From Deltaproteobacteria bacterium (GTDB lineage: Bacteria; Desulfobacterota; WTBG01; JAGOGO01): a stretch of 64,000 nt of DNA. Shown here piece after piece: positions 47,798 through 57,255 of this stretch. The DNA lies in contig JAGOGO010000001.1 in the NCBI GenBank assembly GCA_017996625.1, positions 2,336-66,335 on the forward strand. The letters run 5' to 3'. Each line of letters opens with the position of its first letter. The first letter of the stretch is position 1. Below the pieces are notes generated by a model. It did no database searches and was not told where the DNA came from. It saw nothing but the letters and a program-made list of their open reading frames with translations. Both the position numbers and the translations under genes were made by a program.

Positions 47798-48700
47798 GTG
47801 GCATTTAGATACCTTTTCTACTTTATCGGGAAAGCCCTACAGAACAGCAGGCACTTTCTGCTTATCAATCTCATTACCGTAGGGATCATCAGCCTCTCGC
47901 TTGTGGTCGTAAGTGTGTTCCTGATAGTGTTCTTAAATCTTCGTACCTACCTGGATACCTGGCGAGGTCAGATTCAAATCAGCGCATACTTGGCTGACGA
48001 TGCCCTGGATCCAACGTCGTTGTCCTCGTTAGGGGACTCGCTCCTGAATTTTCCTGAGGTGAAGAACATCACTATCATCTCCAAAGATGATGCCCTTCAG
48101 TTTTTGAAGCGTAGCTTCCCTCATCAGGCTATTGCCCTCGAAAGCATGCAGAAGAATCCCCTTCCGGCCTCCATTGACATTCAGCTTAATGAGAGCTACG
48201 ATAATTTAAATACAATTAAGGAACTTGCCGAAAGGATCCGGAACCTCTCAGGTGTTGAAGAAGTCGAATATGGTGCTGCATGGCTGGAAGGGTATGCACA
48301 AATGCTCGACTTCTTCGTGATGGCAGCGTTTGTTGTCGGAGCAGTGGTCATTTTAGCCACCGTATTTATTATCTCCAATACAATCCGCCTCACAATATAT
48401 GCCCGCAAGGAAGAAATCGAAGTCCTGCGCTTTGTCGGAGCTGCTAATTCCTTTATCAGAGTACCTTTCTATGTTGAGGGAATTCTTCAGGGTCTAGCCG
48501 GCAGCCTGATTGCTTTGGCACTGGTTTATGGCTGTTTCTGCCTTTTCACGAATTGGATTAGTCAGTCTTCTCCTTTTCCTGTTCACCTCATGCAATTCTC
48601 TTTCCTTTCGTCTTCGTATCTGCTGCTGGTCATTGTGGGAGGAATGCTGACTGGTTTGCTGGGAAGCTGGTGTTCACTGGGGAGATATTTACGCATGTAG
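47798..48700 (+). CDS. ftsX: cell division permease FtsX
   Basis: 300 aa, GTG start 3 nt after the ftsE stop. One TM helix, periplasmic loop, then three C-terminal TM helices typical of FtsX. Confidence 0.9.
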   Translation: MAFRYLFYFIGKALQNSRHFLLINLITVGIISLSLVVVSVFLIVFLNLRTYLDTWRGQIQISAYLADDALDPTSLSSLGDSLLNFPEVKNITIISKDDALQFLKRSFPHQAIALESMQKNPLPASIDIQLNESYDNLNTIKELAERIRNLSGVEEVEYGAAWLEGYAQMLDFFVMAAFVVGAVVILATVFIISNTIRLTIYARKEEIEVLRFVGAANSFIRVPFYVEGILQGLAGSLIALALVYGCFCLFTNWISQSSPFPVHLMQFSFLSSSYLLLVIVGGMLTGLLGSWCSLGRYLRM

Positions 48701-48797
48701 CAGATGGTTGAAGAGGCAGCCGAGTGTTATTGTGGGGAACGCGTCCGGATTCATTAGGAAAGCAGGCTGACCGTCCGGCAGCCGCCATCAGGTTACT

Positions 48798-49982
48798 ATG
48801 CAGTATCCCGTTTGTTTGTTTTTCTCATTTACTTTCCTTCTCGTTACGCAGCTGATCGTTCCCTGCTGGAGTGGGGAGGATAAGACAGCTGATACCGCCA
48901 CTCGTCTGGGCCGGGGAAAAAGTGAGCTGCAGGGCTTACAGAAGAAGCTTCGCAGCGAGCAAGCTCAGCTTAAGGAGTCCCGGGTAAAAGAAAAAAAAGT
49001 CGTCTCGGAACTAAACCGCATCGAAAAAGAACTGGTGCAAAAGGAGCAATCACTTCGCACCTACGAGCAGCAGGCAAAGAAGAAGAAATCACAGATTGAC
49101 CTGCTTGCTATTCGCTTGCGCGACCTGCAAATGAGGGTGAAAGAGGATGAGAATACCCTGTCTCTCGCTGCCCGAGCACTTTATCAACTGAGCCGTACCA
49201 CCATGGCCAGGGTGTTCTTCTCGGGGTCAAGCTTTTCTGACGCGGTTCGCCAGCACACGTACCTGACAAAGGTTATTGATTATAATGCTGGTTGTGTTGA
49301 TCATTATACGCATGTCCTGAAAGAGATCGAGCGTGATCGACAGATGTTGAAGGAAGATAGCTCAAAGCTTGCTGTCCTGGCTGATGAGGTTCGCTCGACG
49401 CAGGAAGAGATTCTGCGACACAAACAAGGCAAAGCCACTCTGTTGGCGAAGGTGAAGTCTGAAAAAGAAGCTCACGCCAGTGCAATTCGGGAACTCGAGA
49501 AAGCTTCCCGGCAGCTTCAGGCGCTGATTGATCGGCTGGAAAAGAGTGGATCGATCTCAGTGCCTTCAAGCACAAAAGGTTTCGCCTCTGGCAAAAGGAA
49601 ATTCAATTTTCCGGTTGATGGTGATATCATAACTTACTTTGGAAAACAGGAAGACAAAGACTTTTCTACCATTTCCTTCAATAATGGGATCGAAATCAGG
49701 GCTCCCCAGGGCAGTCCAATCAAGGCAATTTTCTCAGGAGCCGTCATTTATGCAAACTGGTTTAAAGGATACGGCAATCTGCTTATCATTGACCACGGAG
49801 CAGGCTACTATTCCCTTTCTGGTCATGCATCATCACTTGCCAAGAAGGTCGGCGAAACAGTAAAAGAAGGAGATACCATAGGGTATGTTGGGGATACGGG
49901 ATCACTCAAGGGTGCTAATCTTTATTTTGAAATCAGGCACCAAGGCAAGCCGCTCAATCCCCTCGACTGGCTCAAACATTAA
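48798..49982 (+). CDS. murein hydrolase activator EnvC-like (coiled-coil plus M23/LytM domain)
   Basis: Signal/TM, long coiled-coil (LQKKLRSEQAQLKE...), C-terminal degenerate M23 domain (GIEIRAPQGSPIKAIFSGAVIYANWFKGYGNLLIIDHGAGYYSLSGH). Directly follows ftsEX. Confidence 0.8.
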   Translation: MQYPVCLFFSFTFLLVTQLIVPCWSGEDKTADTATRLGRGKSELQGLQKKLRSEQAQLKESRVKEKKVVSELNRIEKELVQKEQSLRTYEQQAKKKKSQIDLLAIRLRDLQMRVKEDENTLSLAARALYQLSRTTMARVFFSGSSFSDAVRQHTYLTKVIDYNAGCVDHYTHVLKEIERDRQMLKEDSSKLAVLADEVRSTQEEILRHKQGKATLLAKVKSEKEAHASAIRELEKASRQLQALIDRLEKSGSISVPSSTKGFASGKRKFNFPVDGDIITYFGKQEDKDFSTISFNNGIEIRAPQGSPIKAIFSGAVIYANWFKGYGNLLIIDHGAGYYSLSGHASSLAKKVGETVKEGDTIGYVGDTGSLKGANLYFEIRHQGKPLNPLDWLKH

Positions 49983-50025
49983 ATAACAGTATCAGCAATC
50001 TTTTTGTAGAACAAGGAGCTCAAGC

Positions 50026-51441
50026 GTGAACGAACGAAAACAGCAATCGTCCTGGATTCTCTTGATCGCCGTTTTTCTTCTCGGTTTCCTACTTAACGAG
50101 TACAGCGGATCGCTCGTATCAGCGGTTACCGACAAGAGCTATGAGAATCTCAAGGTTTTTAGCGACGTTCTGTATATTATTCAGAAAGACTATGTCGAAG
50201 AAACAAAAGTCGATGACCTGGTTGAAGGGGCGATCAAAGGAATGCTGAACATGCTTGATCCCCACTCCGCGTATATGCCTCCGGACATGTATCAGGAGAT
50301 GCAGGTTGAGACTAAAGGGAGTTTTGGTGGACTCGGCATAGAACTCACGGTAAAGGACGGTACGCTTACCGTTGTGGCACCGATTGAAGATACCCCTGCT
50401 TTCCGTGCAGGCATTAAGGCCGGAGATCAGATCGTCAAAATTGAAGGTTCATCGACTAAGGACATGACGATTATGGATGCAGTCAAGAAACTGCGCGGGA
50501 AAAAAGGTACGACGGTGACGATATCAATCATACGTGAGGGTTTGACTGAGCCGAAAGATATCAAGATTACCCGGGACACCATTGAAATCAAGAGCGTGAA
50601 GTCGAAGATTATTGATGAGCGCATCGGATATATTCGTATAACTCAGTTTCAGGAACACACCGCCAGAGACTTCAGCGAGGCACTGAAAGGTTTCGAACAG
50701 CAGGTGGCGAAGCCGATAGGCCTCATTCTTGATCTGCGTAACAATCCTGGAGGCCTCCTCGAACAGGCAGTTGAGGTGAGCGATGAATTCGTTGATTCTG
50801 GGCTTATTGTATACACTGAAGGCCGAACCCCCGACCAGCGGATGGAGTTCCGCGCGCGGCCAAATGACAAAAAGCGCGATTATCCGATCATCGTTTTGGT
50901 TAATGCTGGAACCGCCAGCGGTTCGGAGATTGTAGCCGGAGCACTACAGGATGACGAACTGGCGTTGATTATGGGAACTACTACCTTTGGGAAAGGTTCA
51001 GTTCAGACGGTGATACCACTAGAGAACGGGGCTGGTATGCGGCTGACAACAGCCAAGTATTTTACTCCCAAGGGACGACTTATTCACGCCAAAGGGATTG
51101 AGCCGGACATCGTTGTCGAAGACAGCATCGAGCAGATTGCGAAGGATATGCCGGGAGTGCGGTTTATAAGGGAAAAAGATCTGCAGGGAGAAAAAGATGA
51201 GGAAGCTACTTCTGATCAGAAAAGCAAAGAGGGTGTGAACAATGAGCCGGCAAAAGAAGGAACAAATGATCGGAATAGTGATAAGCCTGCTGGATCGACG
51301 CTGTCTCCGGAATCGCAGAAAAAAGAAGACGGTCCGGACAGTGATCCGCCATTGGATCGTGCAGTCGAACTGCTGAAAAGCTGGAAAGTCTTTCGGCAGA
51401 TCGGGAATGGCTCCACAACCAAGATCGATAAGGCATTGTGA
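50026..51441 (+). CDS. ctpA: carboxyl-terminal processing protease (S41 family)
   Basis: GTG start. PDZ domain (GLGIELTVKDGTLTVVAPIEDTPAFRAGIKAGDQIVKIEG), catalytic motifs S41 (LDLRNNPGGLL, GTASGSEIVAGALQD, TFGKGSVQ). Long E/K/D-rich C-terminal extension. Confidence 0.9.
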   Translation: MNERKQQSSWILLIAVFLLGFLLNEYSGSLVSAVTDKSYENLKVFSDVLYIIQKDYVEETKVDDLVEGAIKGMLNMLDPHSAYMPPDMYQEMQVETKGSFGGLGIELTVKDGTLTVVAPIEDTPAFRAGIKAGDQIVKIEGSSTKDMTIMDAVKKLRGKKGTTVTISIIREGLTEPKDIKITRDTIEIKSVKSKIIDERIGYIRITQFQEHTARDFSEALKGFEQQVAKPIGLILDLRNNPGGLLEQAVEVSDEFVDSGLIVYTEGRTPDQRMEFRARPNDKKRDYPIIVLVNAGTASGSEIVAGALQDDELALIMGTTTFGKGSVQTVIPLENGAGMRLTTAKYFTPKGRLIHAKGIEPDIVVEDSIEQIAKDMPGVRFIREKDLQGEKDEEATSDQKSKEGVNNEPAKEGTNDRNSDKPAGSTLSPESQKKEDGPDSDPPLDRAVELLKSWKVFRQIGNGSTTKIDKAL

Positions 51442-51451
51442 GGTATATGCG

Positions 51452-51805
51452 ATGAACCCTCAAATTGTGTATGTGATTGTTGCCAGCCTTGGCGGGATCG
51501 GCATAATAGTCCTCCTGGTGTTTCTCATACCGGTGCTTGTCCAGGTGCGGAAGACCGCTCAGCAATTCGAGGTGACTGCTGCGACATTAGAAAAGGTACT
51601 CGATCAGGATTTTAGAGAATTGCTTGATCAGGGTGAGAAAGTTTTACAGGAATTGGAAGACTTGCCGCCATGGGTAAAAGATAAACTTGCCCGCTTTCCG
51701 AGCGAACGCGTTTTACCGGCTATGCCTCTCGTAGGCGGCTCGCTGGGAAGGACGCTGTTTCTTTGGGCGCTTCGGGGAGGTTGGCAGCTTTTTAAGAAAA
51801 AATAA
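51452..51805 (+). CDS. DUF948 domain membrane protein
   Basis: Start at internal ATG. One TM helix (IVYVIVASLGGIGIIVLLVFLIPVLV) followed by a QVRKTAQQFEVTAATLEKVLD helical region typical of DUF948. Confidence 0.55.
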   Translation: MNPQIVYVIVASLGGIGIIVLLVFLIPVLVQVRKTAQQFEVTAATLEKVLDQDFRELLDQGEKVLQELEDLPPWVKDKLARFPSERVLPAMPLVGGSLGRTLFLWALRGGWQLFKKK

Positions 51806-51859
51806 CACAAGGAATAATCTTGCGCTATATTAAGTACTTCAATGAAAGGGGGTGCGGTT

Positions 51860-52183
51860 ATGAGTGACAATCGTTCTGGATTCGGCTTTGCGGCATTGGC
51901 GTTGTCGTTTATCAGCGGTGGAATCGTGGGGGCTGCTTTGGGAGTGCTTTTTGCACCTCGAAGCGGGCTGGAGACCCGAGAGATGATCAAGGAACAGGCG
52001 GATGAAGCATGTGTCCGGATCCGGGATGCTGCTGATACGATCATAGAGCGCGCAGAGGAACTGGCTGCCACCGGTCGGGGGAAATGGGGTGATGCTCGCG
52101 AGGTTGTGCATGCCTCAGTCGAACGGGTAAAAGACAGCCTGAACAAGAAAATCGAAGAGGCTGCGGAAATTGACAAGCCGTGA
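51860..52183 (+). CDS. YtxH-like domain protein
   Basis: Start at internal ATG (MSDNRSGF) behind an AAAGGGGG ribosome-binding site. N-terminal hydrophobic segment GFGFAALALSFISGGIVGAALGVLFAP, followed by a charged helical tail. Confidence 0.55.
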   Translation: MSDNRSGFGFAALALSFISGGIVGAALGVLFAPRSGLETREMIKEQADEACVRIRDAADTIIERAEELAATGRGKWGDAREVVHASVERVKDSLNKKIEEAAEIDKP

Positions 52184-52249
52184 CCGAAGAGGCCACTCTT
52201 GAATCGTCCGGTGCTGAACGGAGGCACTGCATTAAGGGAATGTTCTGCT

Positions 52250-52279
52250 AAATAGGCGCCTTGGCGCCTATTTTTTTTG
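52250..52279 (+). terminator. rho-independent terminator after ytxH-like gene
   Basis: AAATAGGCGCC-TTG-GCGCCTATTTTTTTTT: perfect 8-9 bp GC-rich stem followed by a T8 run. Confidence 0.8.
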
Positions 52280-52435
52280 ACCTACCCCCTATGATATACT
52301 ACCAGTAGGTGGTGTGACCTGCTCTCTCCTTTCTTCAGTCAACGGGGTTGTATGGGATCTCCCCGCGTATCCAATCTCTTTGCAATCCCGCAGTAGTCAT
52401 ACTCTACTCCACCAACAAGATGCTATTCGCAGAGC

Positions 52436-53479
52436 ATGCTCGATATGAATCGTTGGAGGTGCGCTTGTATGGAAAAGCTCAGCAGGTCAATTGACATCAT
52501 GATCTGGATATCTTTAGTGATGTTCTTATCGCTTATATGTCTTGAGGAAAATCACGCTCAGGGAGGCGATTTGCCCGGTGATGGTGATATTGCCGGCTAT
52601 AATGCTGTTATCGGTACTAGCGGAGAAGGCGCTAGTGCACATAGTGCATCGTACTATGCCATCATAGCTGGCATCGCTGACTATCCTGGCTCTCTTAATG
52701 ATCTTGAATACACGGATGATGATGCCCTCGATATGCGAGATGCTCTGCTGCAGTATTCGAACTGGAATCCGTCCCATATCCAGCTCCTTCTGGATGGTTC
52801 GGCATCAGTGCAAGGGATTTACGACGCAATACAGAACGTGGCTGAGATCATGACTCGTAATGATATTCTACTCTTTTACTTCTCAGGACATGGCACTAAT
52901 AAGACCGATAAAGCTCCACTTGATGAAGTTGATGGGAAAGACGAGTACCTGTGCGCTTATGATGACGGCATTAGTGATGATCAGCTCAGCGCTTGGCTTG
53001 GAACACTTGATACAAGTCATGTGGTTGTCATGCTGGACACCTGTTTCAGCGGTGGACAGATCGAAGACGATGGGGGTGCTCGCTCGCGCACTTTTCCGGG
53101 TACGTTGGAAACTATACTTCGTGGTGACGGTTTTGCCGCCGATTTTCAGGTGCCTCGGCAAGGGGCAAAAGATTTTGAAGAAGATGACGGCTATATTGTT
53201 CTCACTGCCTGCGACGACAATCAGCTTTCTATGGAATTGTCGTCGCTGGGCAATGGCCTGTTCACCTATTTAACCCTCATGGTATTTGACAAGAATTGCG
53301 GCAGCGGCCTCGATCAGTCGCTTTCCGCCGAAGATATCGGCAAGCGGACGCTATGGGCCTTCTGGGCGATGTATGCAGCCAATCCTTCGCTCTACTCATA
53401 TTTAGGTCAGATGCCTCAATTTCTCGATGGGTACCCGGTGGGTTCTCCCACCAGTGCCGAGCTGCCACTATGTTACTAG
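52436..53479 (+). CDS. caspase-family (peptidase C14) protein with N-terminal signal/anchor
   Basis: His-Gly (LLFYFSGHGTNK) and Cys (VVVMLDTCFSGG) catalytic dyad in canonical C14 spacing, IAGIADYPG P20-like start, signal-like N-terminus (IMIWISLVMFLSLICL; alternative start MEKLSRS around 52469). Confidence 0.7.
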   Translation: MLDMNRWRCACMEKLSRSIDIMIWISLVMFLSLICLEENHAQGGDLPGDGDIAGYNAVIGTSGEGASAHSASYYAIIAGIADYPGSLNDLEYTDDDALDMRDALLQYSNWNPSHIQLLLDGSASVQGIYDAIQNVAEIMTRNDILLFYFSGHGTNKTDKAPLDEVDGKDEYLCAYDDGISDDQLSAWLGTLDTSHVVVMLDTCFSGGQIEDDGGARSRTFPGTLETILRGDGFAADFQVPRQGAKDFEEDDGYIVLTACDDNQLSMELSSLGNGLFTYLTLMVFDKNCGSGLDQSLSAEDIGKRTLWAFWAMYAANPSLYSYLGQMPQFLDGYPVGSPTSAELPLCY

Positions 53480-53889
53480 AAATCAACTTCTTACGTATGG
53501 AGTGATGCCAAGCATCCCTTAACAGACGGTCGGAGAGTGAAACCGCTACTACTCTCGGGCCGTTTTTTATTTGCACGCATTATTCTTTACTGCACTTTGT
53601 CGGTTGACAATGATATTATTTACTTGAACTCTTGTGATTTTTTCGTTACGTTTTACTATCTTCGTACACAGCCTCAGGAGGTGCGATTGCTTCTCAGGAA
53701 GCTGGTTTTCTGTAAATGATGCTTGCAGCTTTCCAAGTTTTTGTTTATAAAAACTATTTTAGATATCTTCGGGAGAAAGAAGTCATCAGGCGGTAAGAGT
53801 CGTGCTTGTGTGAACGGTAAAGAATGTTGTGTCACCGGCAGTAATCACTGTAGAAGCTTAACGTGAGTATAAACCGAAAGGCAGGAACC

Positions 53890-54174
53890 ATGGTTAAATC
53901 AGAACTCATAGAAAAGTTGGCAGAAAGCAGTAACATCAGCAAGTCCTTGGCTGAAACAGTGGTCAATATCATTTTTGACAGTATGGTGGAAGAGCTGAAG
54001 CGGGGAAAACCGATAGAGATCAGAGGCTTCGGGAGCTTCCGGGTGCGGAATTATAGTGGCTACACCGGAAGGAATCCTCGAACCGGAGATAAAGTGGACG
54101 TTGATGCCAAGAAGCTTCCATTTTTTCGAGCCGGAAAAGAGTTGCGTGATCGTCTTAATGATCAGGCAGGTTGA
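53890..54174 (+). CDS. HU/IHF family DNA-binding protein
   Basis: Start at internal ATG (MVKSELIEKLAE...). Typical HU/IHF-beta motifs: IEIRGFGSFRVRNY, RNPRTGDKVDV, and KKLPFFRAGKELR. Confidence 0.85.
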   Translation: MVKSELIEKLAESSNISKSLAETVVNIIFDSMVEELKRGKPIEIRGFGSFRVRNYSGYTGRNPRTGDKVDVDAKKLPFFRAGKELRDRLNDQAG

Positions 54175-54305
54175 TGCCCCGGCAGCTATGCGGCTGCCAC
54201 GAGCATCACGGCTTTTGAGGATAGTGCACGAAGGATATCATCGGCTCAGTGGTAGCCGCCATACCAAGGTTGATGCGCAGGTGCAATGCTTGCCGATGAG
54301 GTTTG

Positions 54306-55730
54306 CTATGCCTCCCGTTCGGTAACAGTATGGATTGCCGCAAAAGTGATTTCCAGAGCACGGCGGAGTTCTGATTCGGTAATGCTTAAGGGAGGCATAA
54401 GAACAATGACATCGCCGAGTGGTCGAATGGCAAGGCCGTTCTTCCGGGCTTCCCTGATCACTCGCCGCCCGACGTTCGCCTCGACTGGATAGGGTTCTTT
54501 TGTAGTCCGATCACGGACCAGCTCAATGCCCACCATAAATCCTTTCTGACGCACCTCACCGACGTGTTTGAGCTCTTCCAAGGAATGAAGTAGTTGTGAG
54601 AGCACCATGATTTTTCCCTGAAGACAGCCGAGCGTATTCTCTTGTTCAAAAACATCGAGGCTAGCCAGCGCAGCGGCACAAGCCACTGGATTGCCGGTAT
54701 AGGTATGGCCGTGGAAAAAGGTTTTCTGCTTGTGGTATTCACCAAGAAATGCGCAATAGACTTCATTGGTGGCAAGTGTTGCGGCAAGGGGAAGGTACCC
54801 GCCCGTTATTCCCTTTCCCATGGTCATGATATCCGGGGAAACACCTTCATGCTCGCAGGCAAACATTCGCCCGGTGCGGCCAAATCCTGTCGCTACTTCA
54901 TCAGCAATAAGCAGGACTTCATAGCGGTCACATACCTCGCGGGCTCTTCGGAGATATCCATCAGGAAAAACAATCATTCCAGCAGCACCCTGCACTAAGG
55001 GCTCGACGATGAAGGCAGCGAGCTTCTCATGGTGAGCGGCGATAGCGCGTTCCATCTCATCAAAGCATTCTTTCTTGCATGTCTTGGGCTCAAGCGAAAG
55101 AGCACAGTGGTAGCAGTAAGGAGAAGGAACACGAATGTGCTCGGTGAGAAGAGGTCGGTAGATCTTGTGAAAGAGCTCAATGCCGCCAACACTTACTGCA
55201 CCCAGGGTGTCTCCGTGGTAAGAATTCTCCAAGAATGCGAAAGTGGTTTTTTGCGGCCGCGGATCGCTGCGTTGCTGCCAGTACTGAAAGGCAATCTTCA
55301 ACCCGATTTCCACAGCAGCGGAGCCGCATTCTGAATAGAAGACTTTAGCAAGTCCTGGCGGGCTGATCTGTACCAGACGCTCGGCAAGGTGAATGGCCGG
55401 TATGTTGCTCGGGCCGAGAAGCGTGGTGTGGGCGATTTTTTGTACCTGATCAATAATAGCGCCGGTTATTACCGGATGCTGGTGGCCGTGGACTGTCACC
55501 CAGAGTGAGGAGACTCCGTCGAGATAGCGGTTGCCATGCACATCGATGAGATAACTGCCTTTGCCTTCCGCAATGATGAGCGGTTCTTCCCGATCATACT
55601 CGAACATTTGAGTAAAAGGATGCCAGAGGTATTCCCTGTCGCAAGTTGCGAGGTTGTGCAAATACTCCTCATCGGAGTATGACTGCGTAAGAAAGGACTG
55701 TCGACTAGTTCTCATCGGATTCTCTTTCAC
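54306..55730 (-). CDS. bioA: adenosylmethionine-8-amino-7-oxononanoate aminotransferase
   Basis: 474 aa. Class III PLP aminotransferase with PLP Lys in TMGKGITGG, and CAFLGEYHKQKTFFHGHTYTGNP. Immediately downstream of bioF on the same strand. Confidence 0.85.
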   Translation of the reverse strand: MKENPMRTSRQSFLTQSYSDEEYLHNLATCDREYLWHPFTQMFEYDREEPLIIAEGKGSYLIDVHGNRYLDGVSSLWVTVHGHQHPVITGAIIDQVQKIAHTTLLGPSNIPAIHLAERLVQISPPGLAKVFYSECGSAAVEIGLKIAFQYWQQRSDPRPQKTTFAFLENSYHGDTLGAVSVGGIELFHKIYRPLLTEHIRVPSPYCYHCALSLEPKTCKKECFDEMERAIAAHHEKLAAFIVEPLVQGAAGMIVFPDGYLRRAREVCDRYEVLLIADEVATGFGRTGRMFACEHEGVSPDIMTMGKGITGGYLPLAATLATNEVYCAFLGEYHKQKTFFHGHTYTGNPVACAAALASLDVFEQENTLGCLQGKIMVLSQLLHSLEELKHVGEVRQKGFMVGIELVRDRTTKEPYPVEANVGRRVIREARKNGLAIRPLGDVIVLMPPLSITESELRRALEITFAAIHTVTEREA

Positions 55731-55743
55731 AAGATGGCTGAAG

Positions 55744-56937
55744 TTAAATAATGTTGAATGCCTTTCCTGCCTTTTCTATTACGTCCAGTGCGTAGTGCAG
55801 GTCTTCCCAGGTATGCGTGGCGATAAGAGAGATTCGTAAGCGGGATAGTCCTTCCGCCACTGTAGGAGGACGAATCCCATGAGCGTTGATTCCTTGTTCA
55901 AAAAGGCGCCGGGAGAATTGAACTGTTTTTGCTGCATCCCCGATAACAAGGGGGATAATCGGTGTTTCGCTCTCCAGGGTATTGAAGCCTGCCTCGACAA
56001 GTCGCTTTCTGAAAAAGTGAGTCATGTCCCAGAGCCTATTCCGCAAGTCGGAAGCCTGCTCCGCCAGTTCGAGAGCGGCATAGTTCACGGACAACACTGC
56101 TGGAGGAAGACCGGTGGTATACATGAGATTACGACTCTTGTTGATAAGATAGTCGATCAGGGTACGACTTCCGGCAATGTATCCGCCGAGACTTCCGAGA
56201 GCTTTGCTGAAGGTACCCATATGAATATGGATGTCTTCCTTCATGTGAAAATGTTCGGCGGTGCCGCTCCCCCGCTTCCCCAGCACGCCAGTAGCATGTG
56301 CTTCATCCACCATGATCCAGCAGCCGTAATGCCGAGCGAGTTCGCTCAATTCTGCAAGCGGTGCAATCGTACCGTCCATACTGAAAACCCCGTCAGTGAT
56401 GATCAGCCGATTTCGCCCTGCCGGACTCGTCCGGATTCTTTTTTCCAGCACATCCAGATTTCGATGAGGGTAGATTATGATGGCAGCGCCGCTGAGCCGG
56501 CAGCCATCGACAATGCTGGCATGATTCAGCTCATCACTGAATATAATGTCCTCAGGACCGGCTAGTGCTGTAATCACTCCGAGATTGGCCTGATAGCCGG
56601 TGGGAAAAACGAGAGCCGCTTCAGTCTCCTTGAAACGCATCAAGCGTTCCTCGAGTTTTTGATAGAGGCTGCAGTTTCCTGCGATCAGACGAGAGGCGCC
56701 GACTCCTACGCCGTACTGCTCGAGAGCATTCGCTGCTGCCTGTCTGAGTACAGGATGATTGGCAAAGCCCAGATAGTTATTGGATGAAAATTGAATGAGC
56801 CTGCGGCCGTCAGCCATAACCACTGCATCAGCAGCAGAGTCAAGGCTTCGCAAGGAACGATACAAGCCTTTTTCTCTGATCTGTTCAAGCTGCGTCTGCA
56901 AGTATGTGTTCAGATCCGTCTTCAAGACATTCCCCAT
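55744..56937 (-). CDS. bioF: 8-amino-7-oxononanoate synthase
   Basis: Start at internal ATG (MGNVLKTDL), 397 aa. The N-terminal Cys-rich extension of ORF ...57072 is not expected for BioF. LIQFSSNNYLGFANHP motif, and PLP Lys in the GTFSKALGSLGG region. Confidence 0.85.
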   Translation of the reverse strand: MGNVLKTDLNTYLQTQLEQIREKGLYRSLRSLDSAADAVVMADGRRLIQFSSNNYLGFANHPVLRQAAANALEQYGVGVGASRLIAGNCSLYQKLEERLMRFKETEAALVFPTGYQANLGVITALAGPEDIIFSDELNHASIVDGCRLSGAAIIIYPHRNLDVLEKRIRTSPAGRNRLIITDGVFSMDGTIAPLAELSELARHYGCWIMVDEAHATGVLGKRGSGTAEHFHMKEDIHIHMGTFSKALGSLGGYIAGSRTLIDYLINKSRNLMYTTGLPPAVLSVNYAALELAEQASDLRNRLWDMTHFFRKRLVEAGFNTLESETPIIPLVIGDAAKTVQFSRRLFEQGINAHGIRPPTVAEGLSRLRISLIATHTWEDLHYALDVIEKAGKAFNII

Positions 56938-57255
56938 CAGGAACAGTATGATTGTAATACACCGTGCGTGGCTGTCGCATAGCAGGCCCGGCCGGCAGCC
57001 GACAAACATCCGGCGACTAGTCGGGAGCGTGCAAAGGCATCTATAGATTGCACCATGGCAGCAAAAAGTCAACGACTAAAAGAAACGTGGTTGACAATTA
57101 AAATATGATATATAGGTCCGATAAGACCCGGACGGCCTATACTACACCTGCTGACAGAAAAAAATCTGTTGATTTTTAAGGCGCTAGAATTTACTTTGTA
57201 GAAGTGCGCCTCAATCCAAGGATGTTTAGCTTCGTAAACTCAAAGGAGGTGTCTG

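Noticed and set aside
53480-53889. Possible small gene or sRNA in the 410-bp AT-rich leader upstream of the HU/IHF gene (ORF 53537-53719)
   Set aside because: The ORF is hydrophobic, of low complexity, and without a ribosome-binding site. HU genes often have long leaders. Nothing structured enough to call.
57073-57255. BirA operator or strong promoter in the bioF / ParA divergent region (TTGACA...TATATA)
   Set aside because: The -35 and -10 spacing is only 12 bp, and no TGTAAACC-N-GGTTTACA-type palindrome is present. Not convincing.
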